64,000 nt of DNA from Squalus acanthias (GCA_030390025.1 CM059430.1:153450001-153514000), one strand, 5' to 3'; shown: positions 37,417 to 51,881, counted from the stretch's first letter. The notes: generated by a model from the letters alone, not told the origin. Numbers and translations are program-made.

Positions 37417-40400
37417 TGTGTAGTAGATGTTGTACAGAGTTCTGTTACTTTTTTTTAGAAAAGCAATGGGTCATTATAGGCTGACCTACTTGGTGCTGCA
37501 GAAAAAAATTACTACACACGTACTTGCAGAGTCATGTGGCCTATTTGTGAGAGCAGAGACGGTTAGACTATCGCCATTGTTTAGAGACAGTATCCCTTTT
37601 AGCTTGAGTGCACTTGCTGACAATCGGGTGTACAGAACATTCTCTAGAGACCAAAAAAAAATACTTTGAACCTAAAACTCCTGCAGTCAATAAGCAAGCA
37701 GCTTTGCACTTGCTCTGAATGGAACAGCTGAGATGGTTAGCAGTGTGCACACTGATGCAATGGGAGAGTCCTTCATTTAATTGCAATGCTTGGGATTTTA
37801 GAATTGCTTAACTGGTCAGCAAAGTGGAATGATAAATGCTACAAAATAGCCTGCCTTCCAGAACATTCCACCTCTCACGCCCATGTTATTTTTTAGAAAA
37901 AGAGGAATGGTGTGGGGTTGGGGGTGTGGTGGTGGTCAGTCTTTGGCTGTTTGAGGTTAAATATCACCAGAAACTGTTGCCATGTAGCCTTGTTCTAAGT
38001 TACTGCATTGCTCACAGATGGTCAGGAGAAAAATGTGAAGGCAAGTGGTGTCAAACAACTGAGGCACATCTGGAATATGCACTCTGAAATAGCCTTGCAT
38101 TCAGCTATTGCATTAAAAATGTATTCTCAGCTGTCTCCCTGAGGAAGATGGGGGGGGGGGGGGGGGAAGGAATGGGCATGGAGAAATGTTTCCAATTGCA
38201 TGATTAGCATTTAAAAAAAATATTTTTTTATAATTGATTTGAAGGGTGAAAAAAGTAATACCACCAGTGTGCAGCACATGTCTGCCTTGAGGGTATTTTC
38301 TGGTGCAGTCTGCTGGGTCTTATTCAGATTTAATGGTTTGAAGTTCTAGTGAATATTTGCTGGAGAAAATGCTCTCAGAACAGAAGAGAAGAAACAAGAC
38401 GAGCTTGAGCATCACAAATTAACCCTTCTCCGCACTCCTTGCCTGCCCCGCTGATATGTTTGCTGATTTCTGAATCTGTAAAAATATTTGATTGTATTTT
38501 GTGTATTTTTTATTATAACCAAAAAGGCTGTGAAGATTTATATGTGCTAGTTGATATCATAAATGCTAGTACAGAGGACCTTGAAATATGGGGCGGGGGA
38601 GAGGAAGGTTATATGGAGAGTTTTTTTTCTGTTCCCTGCAATTTCTTAATCTGAATTTTAATTTCTGTTGAAATAATCCTTTGTAATTCCCTCATCTCAT
38701 CCTAAGTGCTCCTACAGTGAGGAACATTAACCAGGGTAGTGATGCTCTCACGACTACGAACACAACTGGTGGATTATAATTCGAAGCAAAGCTCAAAAAA
38801 AGCTCTGCAGCTCATACAGATAGCTAATGGACTGAAATATTTGCCTCAGTTTTGATGATTAAGGGTTGGGGTTAAGGCAAGAGAAGTGTTGAGCAGCAAC
38901 ACTTGCTGTATCCTTGTGCTGCCAGGTGGTTCAACTGAACTGTTGAGAAATTCAGTATTTGAAGTAACCCAGGAGAGAAGGGGATCAAAAAGGGGATACT
39001 GTCTCTTGTGTGTTTTTCTGTAGTATATATGAATCTGTTTCAGTGAGCTAGATCAGTGTAAAACCAATCTGTTTTAAAATGGTAAATATCTGCACAGTAT
39101 TCAATTGGTAACCTGAAGGTTTGCCAAGTTCACACACAGTTTAAATTTAATTTTTTAAAGAGAAATTTAAAAGGTGCTTATGCAAACTGGATGGACCTGA
39201 TATTGCGAGGAATTTAAAAACTGCTGTACCACAATCACCAATAGTTAAAACTCCTATCTAGAAGAAAGCAGTTGAGTTTCACTCGATCATTTCAGAAAGT
39301 GTACTTTTTTTTTGGATGTGATGTAAAATTTAGGAAAAAAGTATTTACATGTCCGCAGTGAAGCATTTTTAGGGTATTTAGTGTAGGGACACTATAATGA
39401 CCCTTTTTATATCTTCCTTATGTTGAACTGTAATCTGTGAAGAACTATGTCTTCTCCACTTAGAGTAAAAGAAATTCTTGGTAGATGGGTCAGTTGAAAC
39501 AATAAGAATCTTGAGACCTGATTACATAGAGTGATGTAATGCTTCCAAAATACTCTGTTGCCTTGGAAAAGGGAGTAGAAGAAAGAGGGTGGCCTGAGTT
39601 TGTTCCAAATGGACCCTGTTAAATGGTATCTGCTTGTGGAAATGCAATCGTGTATTTATTAGATTCTTTCTAATAAGTAATATATCAATAATGATTGCAT
39701 TGTACTGGGATTCAATTTGGGTGTGTTAAAATGCACCCCCACCCATCCATTAACAGGCATTGGTTGTTTTACTGTCTCTAAGATTAACCACACTGGTATG
39801 TGTCATTGTATAAATTGTTGACCAAAGCTGAACTATGATGTCATCTTATTTTATTGGAAAAGATTGTAGAAAAGTGGCTGAAAACATAAAGATTAATCGT
39901 GTTCTCCCAGTTGCATTTTTTGTGTTTTGTGCATTCATTGGTCCTTTATAACTTAACAGTTGTGCAGAATTCCCAAACTTGATGCTCGACTTGGTTGTGA
40001 TAAATGATTTTCTAAAAAGGATGCATCTTCTGGTTTATGGCTGAAGCCATCAGAACAATGAGGGAGAATCTGTAAGACTGTTTTTTTGTTTTCTGTTTCT
40101 TCACCACATCAAAGTTTGAAGTATTACTGAATCATTGCAAAATGCAGTGTGGGAAATTTCCCAGATCTGTTGTCAACCTCTTCTCTTACCCCTCCCCCCC
40201 TCCCGACCCCACCCTCCACTCTAATCTACACTGACAAAACAATTCATCAAAGTATTTGTTGTACTAACTGTATGAGGTGATTTGTTTCAGAAAGAGTAAC
40301 GGCTGGCGATGTCTGTGCTGAATTATCTGTAAATATAGTTGCCAGTTTAGGCTTGCTCTACAGAGATGGACCTCTAACATCTTTGTTTACATAATGGTTG

Positions 40401-42260
40401 ATTAGCTCTTACAAAATTTTAAAAATGATCACTTCCTTCCTCCCCTCACCTCACCCCCAGCCTACCCAGCAGAAAAATTGAAAAGAAAAATAACATTGCA
40501 TTTCCTGTTGAATGTTTGAGGTTCATTGCAATTCTTGCGATGGCCAATAAACCAAGAAAGGAGAATCAAGTAAAGTGAGGTCTCCAAAGAAGGACAAATG
40601 TGATAAATATATTTCAGATCTCCCATTTTTTTGACGGATGTTTTCTCCCCTCCATGCTTGAGCTCGCTGACTCATGTTCGGTACATTTCCACAGTCCTCA
40701 CCCAAGTGGTCACTTTTTGCATATGAGCATTGACGGTGAATATTGGGAGGTTATTTGACCGGGAGGGTGGGAGCAGTGGTATAGCGACTAAGCCTGGTCC
40801 TGTTTTCCCCCTGACATCCAAATACATGCACTTTCCAGCATGGGTGACTGGATAGTTTTGGAACTCTTGCTGATTTTTCTTTTTTTTTTTGCTGAAGGGA
40901 GTTCAGGCAAATTGTAGCAACCCTATCCTTACCCCAGGTGAGATCACTTAATGCAGCACAGATTGGGCATCAAACGGGACTTTCTTGGTCTATATGACCC
41001 CATTCCAAGCTGGGTGTACATTTACCAATTGAGCCATTGGGAGAGCTAATCTTGTGAATAAAGATAACAAAGTAGAAGTCCAGCCCACACTAGAATATTG
41101 GCTATGTGGACCCTCTTTCCATAGCTTTTCAGTTTAATACATACAAATGTACACGACATCATGACACACATGAAATTCTGCTTAATGCAAACCTGCAGTA
41201 AAAGATTTCAACCCCTTTTCCAATTGAAAAATATTCAGCATAGCCAGAGTTCAGAGTGATTATATTTTAAGTGCGCTTTTACCTTTTCAATACATTTCTG
41301 AAATAGTTTAAGTATTTTATTGAACTGCGCTGGTTTCACCTTTTTATATCAAATATACTTTCAACAAAAAAAATGTACTAGCTACCCCCCTTTTTGTAGA
41401 TTACCCACTATTTCCTCTCATTGCTATGCTTCCTTCTCCAGACAGGACAGTGTGCTCGCAGAGTACCTCTCAGCTGTTCCATCCTCCATTGGCATGAAGT
41501 GAGCTGTTGGGGAGAGAGAGAGAGAGAGAGGAGGCAAATCTGGTCAGCTTTTCTTCCCTTCTCTCACCCTTTTGCAGTCTTCTCTTGCTCTCTTTCCTGT
41601 TCCCAGTGAATTGCTTTGGTGTTTGAGCTGGTTTGTGTGGCTGAGAACCAGCGGATGCAGCTATGTTCCGATGTCATTGGAACTCAAACCTAATGTCTTT
41701 TGGGTTGGCAGTCTGAATATTGTATTGGAGGTACTGTGCTGCCATTTTATTTTTTCTACTTTATGTGGAATGCTGTATAGATGCAGAACCTAACTACATT
41801 CTTACTGTTCTCCCCCTCCACCCCCCCCACCCCGCACCACCGAATGCAAACTGAACACACATGCCAAACATCATCAGTCTCACTCCACGTCCTCGCTGAG
41901 AATTCTTGTCCCCTCAGGAACTTGGTGGCAAATTTGTTTTACTGATTATGTTTATGGGGGAGGGGTGACCAGGCAGATGTGCAGGGCGTGCCTGTGAACA
42001 CAAGTGAAACTTTTATTTGTCTTGTTTCTGCTGTGTTCTTGACCTCAAATGTTGTTGTGAAGTACTGCATTTTAAAATAGAGTTTGATGCCAAAGAGATT
42101 TACTCTTTGATTTGGTTGATCCTCTAATACAATAAGCTGCTATAGGAGAATACATGTTTTAGAGTATTTACCCCTGAGCACCTCGCAAATTTGTTATTGC
42201 AAGTAACTATTTAACTTGGTGACATTTTACTTGGTACAAATTTAATTACCTGCAAATAAA
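37417..42260 (+). other. Putative long 3' UTR of ZMYM3 (end uncertain)
   Basis: Repeat-poor AT-rich sequence after the stop; candidate AATAAA near 41057 and at 42255-42260; no transcript evidence. Confidence 0.35.
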
Positions 42261-42974
42261 TGGAGTTAGGCTATTAATTAAATATAGCTGCCAGAGAGTT
42301 GGAAATTCCACCTCTGCTGAGTGCCAACTCACTCGAGCAATTCAAGACTATTAAAGTAGAAAGTTGGTTGCGATTAGTTTTCTATTAATGTGTTAATTTT
42401 ATGTTGTGTGCTGGTAATGTATCTGCAATATGTCACAAGATAGATATGTATGAGAGGATGTTTTGTGCAACTCAGCTCATCCATCCAGAAAGACAGTTTT
42501 CTCCCCCACCTAAGTGATGTTACAGGTATTTACAGATATGGAAAAAAACTAGCATGATATAAATACAGTGGATACCAACAATATATTGTGTTGAATAACC
42601 TTGTAGCTCATGCTAAGTTTACTTGTACTGACCCCAACAGTGTTCAGTTTCAGAAGGTTCTCTCCTGTATATCCCATGGAGCAGCGTCATAGAGCTGTTA
42701 GTGGGTAAACAGGACCCAGTAGTGTTCCCCGAACACTTGGGAGTGGGAGGAGAGCAGAGAAGCAATCAGTATTCAAGTACAGCCTACGTGAGGTAAAAAA
42801 AAAATACAATCTGCTAATTCCAGAGCTGTAACTGCATTCCTTTGTGCTATTGATTCACTTGTCCAGGCACTTGGATAAAAAGTAGGTTGAAGATGAGGAG
42901 GTTGCATTATTGAGGATAACTGCAAATGTAGCTTTGTGCCTACTGTGTCTCTGCACCTACCATTCAAAATGAAT

Positions 42975-43375
42975 ACCAATAAAAGAAAAAAAATGCAAAT
43001 GTTGAAAATTTTAAATTGTGGGAAATACAGGCCACTCTGCATCTGTAAACAGTAAGGGTAAGTTAATGTCTTGGGTGTATACCCATCATCAGAACGTAAA
43101 ACTAAACGAATGCAATCATTTTCACAAGTTTGGGGTGGAAAAAGGGATGAATGGAAGAAATGTCCAATCACAGAGTGAAAACACCATTTCCATGCGAGGT
43201 AGCAATTTGAGTATTTACTCCAATCTAGTACACTGTATTTGCTGGTCTGATGTGGCCTCTGCATCGGGAGGTTAAACTCAAATTAGGTGACTGCATCTCC
43301 GTTCTGTCTGCAAGTGTTGTCTCCTAATCGCCCTGTTGCTCGCCACTTTAAGTCTTCCCTTCCCACTTAACTGCA
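42975..43375. mobile_element. Degenerate Penelope-like element remnant (terminal repeat on - strand, GIY-YIG fragment on + strand)
   Basis: aatctagtacactgtatttgc...tgtggcctc...atcggga...cctgttgctcgccacttt resembles the PLE endonuclease NLVYCIxCxxCGLLYIGE...PVAxHFN. Confidence 0.55.
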
Positions 43376-44207
43376 TCTTTGGCCTTCTACTCTGTTCCAG
43401 TCCAGCTCAATTTCTTTCTCCTAGGCACTGCAGTCTTCTGCTCTAAACATTGATATCCGTACCATCAGACCTTAACAGTATCCTCCATTTTCTTTGCAGC
43501 AGGGCATGCTGGTGATGTGGGATGGATATGTTGGTGTCCAGCGGGAGACGAGACAAGACGAGTTGACATTTTGGGTTTAGATACTTTGTCAGAACATAAT
43601 GCGATGAAGGGCAATGTCTGTACTCATGGTGCTGACCTGATTTTGTTTCTCCCTTTGGGACTGTCAATTCTGTTTTACTAACATTTTCTATTTTAATTTG
43701 GATGTCCTGCATTTGCAGGGTTTTTCTCTTCCTTGGAAGACAGTCTTTATGAAGGAACATTTGGCAATCTACTTGGTTTGGGGAGTGAAAAGAGCCATGT
43801 GTTATTTTAATCTTGTGGAAGTCATGCAATGATGTATGTTTGTAGAATGAAAGGAGATAGAATATTTGTCAAATGGCTTTTTAGCATGAGTTCTACAAAT
43901 GACAATTCAAATCAAGACAGGCCCAACCCCAAACATACATATTTAAGCGCATCTCTTCAAGATTTGGGATTATGTTAGTCATCTTTCCATGCCACTGCCC
44001 ATTTTCCTCACCACCCCCCCCCCCCCATATGCCCTCTTCTTGCCCTGAACATCTGTATTCAACCACTGCTGCAATCTTCAGCTTCCACAAGCAAACCTGA
44101 GTTTTCTGTGAACTGAAACTTGATCTTGTATGAAAAATATCTGGGACAGCAAGTCCATTAGGTGAACAACAAAGCCGTACATCATTGGTGTCTACACCAG
44201 AAATAAT

Positions 44208-44927
44208 GGCCCAAAAATTCGGCCTAATACGGGAGAGTACGCACTGTGTACTCACCCGTATTAGATCCCGAAGTGCCGGTTTCCTGCATGCACTGCGCAT
44301 GTGCGGGAAACCGGCGAAGGGGGCGGTTCCTAGGTGAACCGCGTGCGCACTACAGGCTGTGCGCACGCAGCACACTTAGGTTTTTTTTCAGGTTTCAACG
44401 CGAGGGTAAGTATGGAAGATTATACACAAGTAAAAAGGAGGCGTAAGACCCCTTTTGAACAAGGTAAGTTAATTAAGTATAATTTTTAATTTTTTTCAAC
44501 AGGTTTATCTTTTTTAGAGACTAAAGAAAGGTAAATTTATTTTTATAACTTTAAAAAAAATTTAATTTTTTAATTTTTTAATTTTTGTTTAAAGTTAATT
44601 TATCTAACTAGTTTTTTTTTTTTTTAATTTATTTGAGATTTAGCTGTTCTTTTGGGGTCTCTTTCAATTCACAGATTTGACATGTCTCCTGTCAAATCTA
44701 TGAATGAAAGATAGTCTGCTGCCATTGGCTCTCCATGACCCACGTGATCCCAGAGGTCGCATCGCACTAACTGCGCCCCTGGGACACGCACACACTGCGC
44801 GCCGGCACTAGGGAGAGGCCCAGGACCCGAAGTTCCTGTGGGCCCAAAACACAACGGCCGGCGCGGAGTGTGATATCGTGCGCGATCCTTACCCCCGCGG
44901 CAAGCCTCCGAGTCAAATTTCTGGGCC
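44208..44927. mobile_element. PIF/Harbinger-like MITE
   Basis: TIRs ggcccaaaaattcg / caaatttctgggcc; 3-bp TSD AAT on both sides. Confidence 0.8.
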
Positions 44928-45913
44928 AATATGCGGTAGCGCTGCATACTTAAGATCTTCTGCATTAACAGAAAAACATCACACTGACAGTTCCACATAG
45001 TTCAGGCTAAGCTAATTCAAATTATATGTATTCAACTATCGCAAGTACATAATCGGTGTATAATATAACAAATTGTTTTGACATACTTCAAGTCTGTTTT
45101 AATACATTATTATGCCATACACAGGGTCTAGTCACCATTGAGTAACTTGGCCAAAGTGACTCCGACCTGCAACAGAAGTGTCTAAACTGACTTAAAGAAC
45201 CAGCTAAATCTTATCAGTTAACTCCAAGTTCAGGCAGCATCTGGTTACAGAATTGCCAATTGGAATCAGAATTGCCAATTGGAATCGGAACAAGTACACG
45301 GCGGCAGCATTACGGGTTAATTTTTTTTTCATTTATGGGATGTGGGCGTCGCTGGCAAGGGCCAACATTTATTGCCCATCCCTAATTGCCCTTGAGAAGG
45401 TGGTGGTGAGCCGCCGCCTTGAACCGCTGCAGTCTGTGTGGTGAAGGTACTCCCACAGGTTAATGAGCAACATTATCCATTGTCTGTGGTACCAAGAAAT
45501 GCTAATACTGACTCAATGAGCATCTGTCCTGTCCTACAAAAATGGCATCTGGTTATTACCAGGTCAAACAATGTGGTCTGCTTTTCTCTCATCATCTGAT
45601 CCTGTTTTAACTGGTAGTATGGAGAGGAAAAAATAGCTTTCATTTTAACATTAGCCAGTGTTAAAATCACTTGGCTATTCTCTGTAAAGGTAATTAATGA
45701 CTAAAGGAAGAAGTATATATCATGATCTTATGATTCAAAATAGGATTGGCCCCCTTGCTCTGTCACTTGATAGACAGGTGGCTTGCTCACTGGCTTCCAC
45801 TACAGGTGGTCAGCTGGCCACTGAGAGGCATGCAACAATAGCCTAAAGAGACATTTTTCATTCACCACCGCTATTGTAGGGAGGCATCTGGCTTCTGTTC
45901 AGCATCTCCTGAT

Positions 45914-48300
45914 AACATAAGAAATAGGAGCAGGAGTAGGCCATTTGGCCCTTCGAGCCTGCTCCGCCATTCAATAAGATCATGGCTGATCTTCTACCTC
46001 ATTTCACTTTCCTGCACCATCCCCATATCCCTTGATTCCCTTAATATTCAAAAATCTATCCATCTCTGACTTGAATATACTCAACAACTGAGCCTCCACA
46101 GCCCTCTGGGGTAGAGAATTCCAAAGATTCACCACCCTCTGTGAAGAAATTTCTCATCTCAGTCCTAAATGGACAACCCTTTATTCTGAGACTGTGACCC
46201 CTGGTTCTGGACTCCCCAGTCAGGGGAAACATCCTCCCTGCATCTACCCTGTCAAGCCCTGTAAGAGTTTTGTGTGTTTCAATGAGATCCCCTCTCATTC
46301 TTCCAAACTAGGCCTAGTCTACTCAATCTATCCTCATAGGACAATCCCTCCATTCCAGGAACCAGTATGGTGAACCTTCGATGCACTCCCTCTATGGCAA
46401 GTATATCCTTCCTTAGGTAAGGAGACCAAAACTGTACACAGTACTCCAGGTGTTGTCTCACCAGGGCCCTATATAATTGCAGTAAGACATCATTACTCTT
46501 ATACTCTCATCCTTTTGTAATAAAGGCCAACATACAATTTTTCCTAATTGCTTGCTGTACCTGCATGTTAACTTTCAGTGATTCGTGTACAAGGACACCC
46601 AGGTCCCTCTGAACACCAACATTTCCCAATCTCTCACCATTTAAAAAATACACTGCTTTTCTATTTTTCCTACCAAAGTGGATGACTTCACATTTCTCCA
46701 CATTATATTCCATTTGCCATTTTCTTGCCCACTCACTTAGCCTGTCTATATCCCCCTGAAGCTTCCTTGCATCCTCCTTGCAACTTATATTGCCACCCAC
46801 CTTTGTATCATCAGCAAACTTGGATATATTACATTTGGTCCCCTCATCCAAATCATTGACATAGATTGTGAATAGCTGAGGCCCAAGCACTGATCCTTGC
46901 GGTACCCCAATAGTTACAGCCTGCCAACCTGAAAATGACCCGTTTATTCCTACTCTCTGTTTTCTGTCCACTAACCAATCCTCAATCCATGCTAGTATAT
47001 TACCCGCAATCCCATGAGCCCTAATTTTGTTTAATAACCTCTTGTGTGGCACCTTATCGAATGCCTTCTGAAAATCCAAATACACCACATCCACTGGTTC
47101 CCCCTTATCTATTCTGCTAGTTACAACCTCAAAAAACTCAACAGATTTGTCAAACATGTTTTCCCCTTCATAAATCATGTTGACTGCCCAATCCTATTAT
47201 TTTCTAAGTGCCCTGTTACCATGTCCTTAATAATTCTAGCATTTTCCCCTACTGCTGATGTCAGGCTAACTGGTCTGTAGTTCCCTGTTTTCTCTCTCTT
47301 TTCTTAAATAATGGAGTTACATTTGCTACCTTCCAATCCCCAGGAACCGTTCTAGAATCAATGGAATTTTGGAAAATGACAACCAATTCATCCACTATCT
47401 CTATAGCCACCGCTTTCAAAACCCTAGGATGTAGGCCATCAGGTCCAGGGATTTATCAGCTTTCAGTCCCATTAGTTTCTCCAGTACTATATTTTTTTTA
47501 CTAATTTCTTTCAGTTCCTTATTCTCACTAGACCCTTGGTTCTCCACTATTTCCAGGAAGTTTTTTGCGTCTTTTTCCATGAAGACAGACACAAAGTATT
47601 TGTTTGATTTCTCTGCCATTTTCTTATTCCCCATTATAATTTCTCCTTTGTCAGCCTGTAAGGGACCCACATTTACTTTCACTAATCTTTTCCTTTTTAC
47701 ATACCTATAGAAGCTTTTACAGTCTGTTTTTATGTCTCTTGCTAGTTTACTCTCATTCTATTTTCCCTTTATCAATTTCTTGGTCATCCTTTGCTGAATT
47801 TTAAAATCCTCCCAATCCTCAGGCTTACTACTCTTTTTGGCAGCATTATAAGCCTCTTCCTTTGATCTAATACTATCTTTAACTTCTCTTGTTAGCCACG
47901 GTTGGACCACTTTTCCTGTGGGGTTTTTGTGCATTAAAGGAATGTATATTTGTTGTAAATTATTTATTAATTCTTTAAATGCTTGCGTACCATCATACCT
48001 TTTAATGTCGTTTCCCAATCTACCTTAGCCAACTCACCCCTCATACCTACGTAGTTTGCTTTGTTTAGATTTAAGATCCCAGTTTTGGATTTAACTTAAA
48101 TCACTTTCAAACTCTATAAAATTCTATCATATCGTCACTCTTCCCTAAAGGCCCCTTTACTACAAGGTTATTAATTAACCCTTTCTCGTTGCACAATACT
48201 AGATCTAAAATAGCCTGTTTCCTAGTTGGTTCTTCAACATACTGATCTAGAAAACTATCTTGCATACATTCCATGAATTCGTCCTCCACACTATTACTGC
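45914..48300 (-). mobile_element. CR1 LINE, 5'-truncated, with disrupted ORF2 (reverse transcriptase)
   Basis: VDVVYLDFQKAFDKVPH...GVPQGSVLGPQLFTIYVNDL...SKFADDTK; endonuclease-proximal ILDLVLCNE; 3' tail ...cctgctcctatttcttatgtt. Confidence 0.95.
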
Positions 48301-51300
48301 AAATAGTGGGGAGGATGAATTCCTGGCAACACAACTGAGGTAACGCTACAGATTTGAAGAGTAGGAAAAAAATGCCGATGCAGCCCACTATGTCATGGCA
48401 CTGTATGTTGATTTTCCTATAACCTGTACAACTCCAAGCATTTATAATTTTCTTTGCTTTTAAAGAGATCCTCGCTGAAAGACCTTCCTTTTTAAAATGT
48501 TTTTGTCTCCCATTAACCCAACTTCAGTTGTTCGAAAGAAAGCACAAAACCTAACACTAATAAAACCAGCTTGAGTTTCCACAGCACACTAGTTTGTGGC
48601 ACAGCACAGTGTTAGGAAATGATTTGACAAGTGGCTCTGCAGCCAGCATACAGTGCGATGTCATCAGATGTTTACACTGACCTCGCTATTAATAGCAACA
48701 GAATGATTCAAATTTCACCATGATTTTGGGTACAACCAATTCATTTGTCAATCCAGTTAGTTTAACTGAAATAAATTGTGGAAATGATCTCATAAATGAA
48801 ATACATCAATGTGAACCTAATTGTGACACTGACTTACTTGAGGATTTTATTCCTCTCTTTGTTAGTATTCTTATTTTCTTGGTTGTTGATGTGTGGAGAA
48901 AGATGATATGTAATTGTATGGAGGTTTCGGTGCCTCCTCCAATGGAGTGTTTTTATTCTTTCCTGAAGGTGGTGATTTATGCTGAGGTCCAGATCCTTGG
49001 AAGCCAGCCTCTTGACAACTGTCCATTCTTCATGTGTGAGCCCAGATAGTGAATAACAGCAATCTCTTCTACTGGGGAGATGTCGCCGTCAATCCCAAAC
49101 ATATCTTCATCCATATCTACATGTACACTTTCCTGCAAGGGCGTAACACAAAAATGAGGAGCAGGGACCTTGGCTCACGTTTTCATCCTAACTCAGGCAT
49201 GCTGAGGCCAGTGACAGTGTCTGCCATTGGAGTGGCTGCGATCAGCTAACTGAATAGAAACCAGTGATTGAGCCAGAGATTGCTAGTCTGTGTGGCTTAG
49301 TACCACCCTGCGTGGTGCACTAACACACTAAGCCAGCAGGAGATAGGAGGGGTGATTTCTGACCAGAAACTCTTAATTAAGAATTGTGGTACTCTATTAC
49401 ATTAATTTGGCTCAGTTAGTTGGAGTTTCTTCTATTTTCACCTGCTTGCTAATTTGAAGAGAGAGAGGGGTTTATTAAGGGATAAGGTAACGGGAGAAAA
49501 CTAACTTGTCCATCTGGTGATGCATCATGCCATCTGCTTGTGGCTCCTCTCCTATCATAGTTGGAAGGAAGATTTTTGGTGGATGTACAATCTATATTGA
49601 AAGAAAATATGGGAAGGCTGAGGAAAGCATAAATAAAATAATTTTAAATGATTAAACACTACCACATACCTGCATCCCAGAATTCCTGTACTTCTGGCTG
49701 AAGAAGGTATTAAATCCTACTGATGACTTGCTTGGGGTATTAGCTCAATCCATTGTGTACCATTGACCTTTGGTGATGTGCACCTTGTTAATCAGCAACT
49801 TTCAGTATGTGGGTCAATGTGTATTTATATCGGAGGTGTAGACTGATAAGTAAATCTTCAGGCAATAAACTTTTGTTTTTGTTTATATAATGTGATTAGA
49901 AGAAAGGTTTGTAATGTGTTACTTAGTCCACATTAAAAAGGAGCGCACTAATGTTAACTATGTATAAAAATTGTGAAATGCATAACATCAGTGATTTGTA
50001 TTTAGTTTTCCATCTGCTAAAGATTTGAATATTAATTATTTTGCTAAAATCATCCCGTTGAAACTGTCTCATCTCAACCTTGGGTTTAACATTGTTTTGA
50101 AATTTATATTGCTGGTATATAACCACCAATGACTTTTTATAGATATATATTTAAAAAAAACTAGACTCTTGACATATGGAATGAATATATGTTCATTTAA
50201 AAAAAAATCTTGATGTTTGTTGGAATAAATGGCTCCTGTGTGGGTGGCATTGTGGTATCTGAACCGGAGTAGCAGTGTCTTTGGATATTGTTTTAAAACC
50301 AAAATAAAATTACATTTAGTTGAACACGTTGGGAAACATTGGGTTTGATTTTAACACCTCACCCAGCAGTTTTCTAAGTAATCTAACTCCATCTCTCCAA
50401 CAGTTCAGGAAGCAGCATTTTTTTAAAATAGCAATGCACGACAGGTTGATCAGCACCCGAAAGATAAAAGGTAGATTAACATTTCAGGTGCAACCTTTCA
50501 CCTTTTTTGGATTCGTGAATAATTCAGTTAAGAGTTTTAATTTCATATCACTGACTCCGTTCGTTGTTGTCTCATCATGGAAATTGCTGTATCGTATGAT
50601 AAAATAACTTTAAATGCCAGGCTGTCCAGCTGGGTTGGTTAACTGGGCAATTCGGATAAGTACTGTATAGATGGATACTAGTAGGCTCGCATAATTTCTG
50701 ATTATGGGGAACCGGACTGGATGAAGGTTTCCCTCTCTCCTTGGAGGGCTAGCTCAGAAGAATATCAAAAATCTGAGGAAAAATTACCTCCAGTGGACAT
50801 ATTTGGGAGCCACAGGGAAAGTTGCTGGGATTATTACCGTCTGGAAAAGCTGCTGGAAATAGGGCAAGAGTAGGCAAAGAATGTGGCTCGACGATGCTCT
50901 GGAATGGGCAGGGGTAACGTTGGGGGCCGATGCAATTGACGTGAGCAAGATTGGAATGTACTAATTGTCAACCTGCAGAGCAGAGATGGCACACCTGAAG
51001 CTATTGAGAATGTTGATATTTCGAATTACCTCCTTTTTCTCTTTTAGAGGTTCCCCGCGCCTTCTCTGGTTGTCAGGCTGGCTGAATATAACCTGCCTGT
51101 TGGCCTCTGCCGAAATTCTTGGTCTCTGTTCTACCCTTTTGACACAGCTGGCATTGGAAACTCATAGGGAATTGCAGACGAGAATCCCTAACTGACCACC
51201 ATGTGTGGCATTGGAACTTCTGTTATCACCCTTCACTGCTATAGATAACATCTGATCTGGTTCATTAAAGGTTCTCTTGCATTCAATATACTGCGATGTG

Positions 51301-51659
51301 CACAGAATGTTGTGTGAAATAAGCGTAATAGTCCGGCAATGCAGTCCATATATTAATAAAAGCATTAGAATAAATTCCAAACAGAAGGGAGATGAGTTCC
51401 ATCTCCTTTACACAATGAGGGATAGGGGTTTATTGGAACAAAGGCCCATCAAGACTGTGCTACCATTGTATTATCTGTACAGCTCTATTTCTTTAATCCT
51501 CATTTTCTGACCTTGGTACATTGAAAATAAACTTTTTCTCTGTTGAGAGATGTGTGTTTTTATTTTAAAATCCCTTTTTACTTTCTTAAGTTCCTCCAAA
51601 TTCCCCACCCTGTTTGGCTCAGCAGGTGGAGGCAAGATTTGCTCCAGGCTCCTGTCCAT

Positions 51660-51793
51660 TCTGACGAAGGGTCATCGACCTGAAACGTAAACTCTGTTTC
51701 TCTCTCCACAGATGCTGCCTGACCTGCTGAGTGTTTCCAGCATTTTCTGTTTTTATTTCAGATTTCCAGCATCCGCAGTATTTTGCTTTTGTT
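51660..51793 (+). mobile_element. Penelope-like terminal-repeat insertion with hammerhead-like core
   Basis: CTGACGA-A-GGGTC-ATC-GACCT-GAAA-CGTA; flanked by the 8-bp duplication ctgtccat. Confidence 0.75.
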
Positions 51794-51881
51794 CTGTCCA
51801 TCCCAGTCTGAAACTGGTTCAAGAAGCCATGTGCGACCCTCCCTCTATAACCGCGTTAAATAATGCGCCTGCATATACTTA

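Larger units (their letters stand above)
43443..51844 (-). pseudogene. Candidate decayed multi-exon gene of unknown family (exon-like pieces about 51844-51030, 49132-48838, 43839-43443)
   Basis: Stop-depleted frames, splice-like boundaries with compatible phases, and disablements (stops, a 1-nt frameshift, AG>AA acceptor, TE insertion). No recognisable domain. Confidence 0.35.

Noticed and set aside
46507-47178. 223-aa ORF as a host gene
   Set aside because: CR1 reverse-transcriptase fragment with frameshifts on both sides
48905-48945. KPPYNYIS on the - strand resembling a forkhead start
   Set aside because: The rest of the forkhead helix is absent and the frame stops soon after
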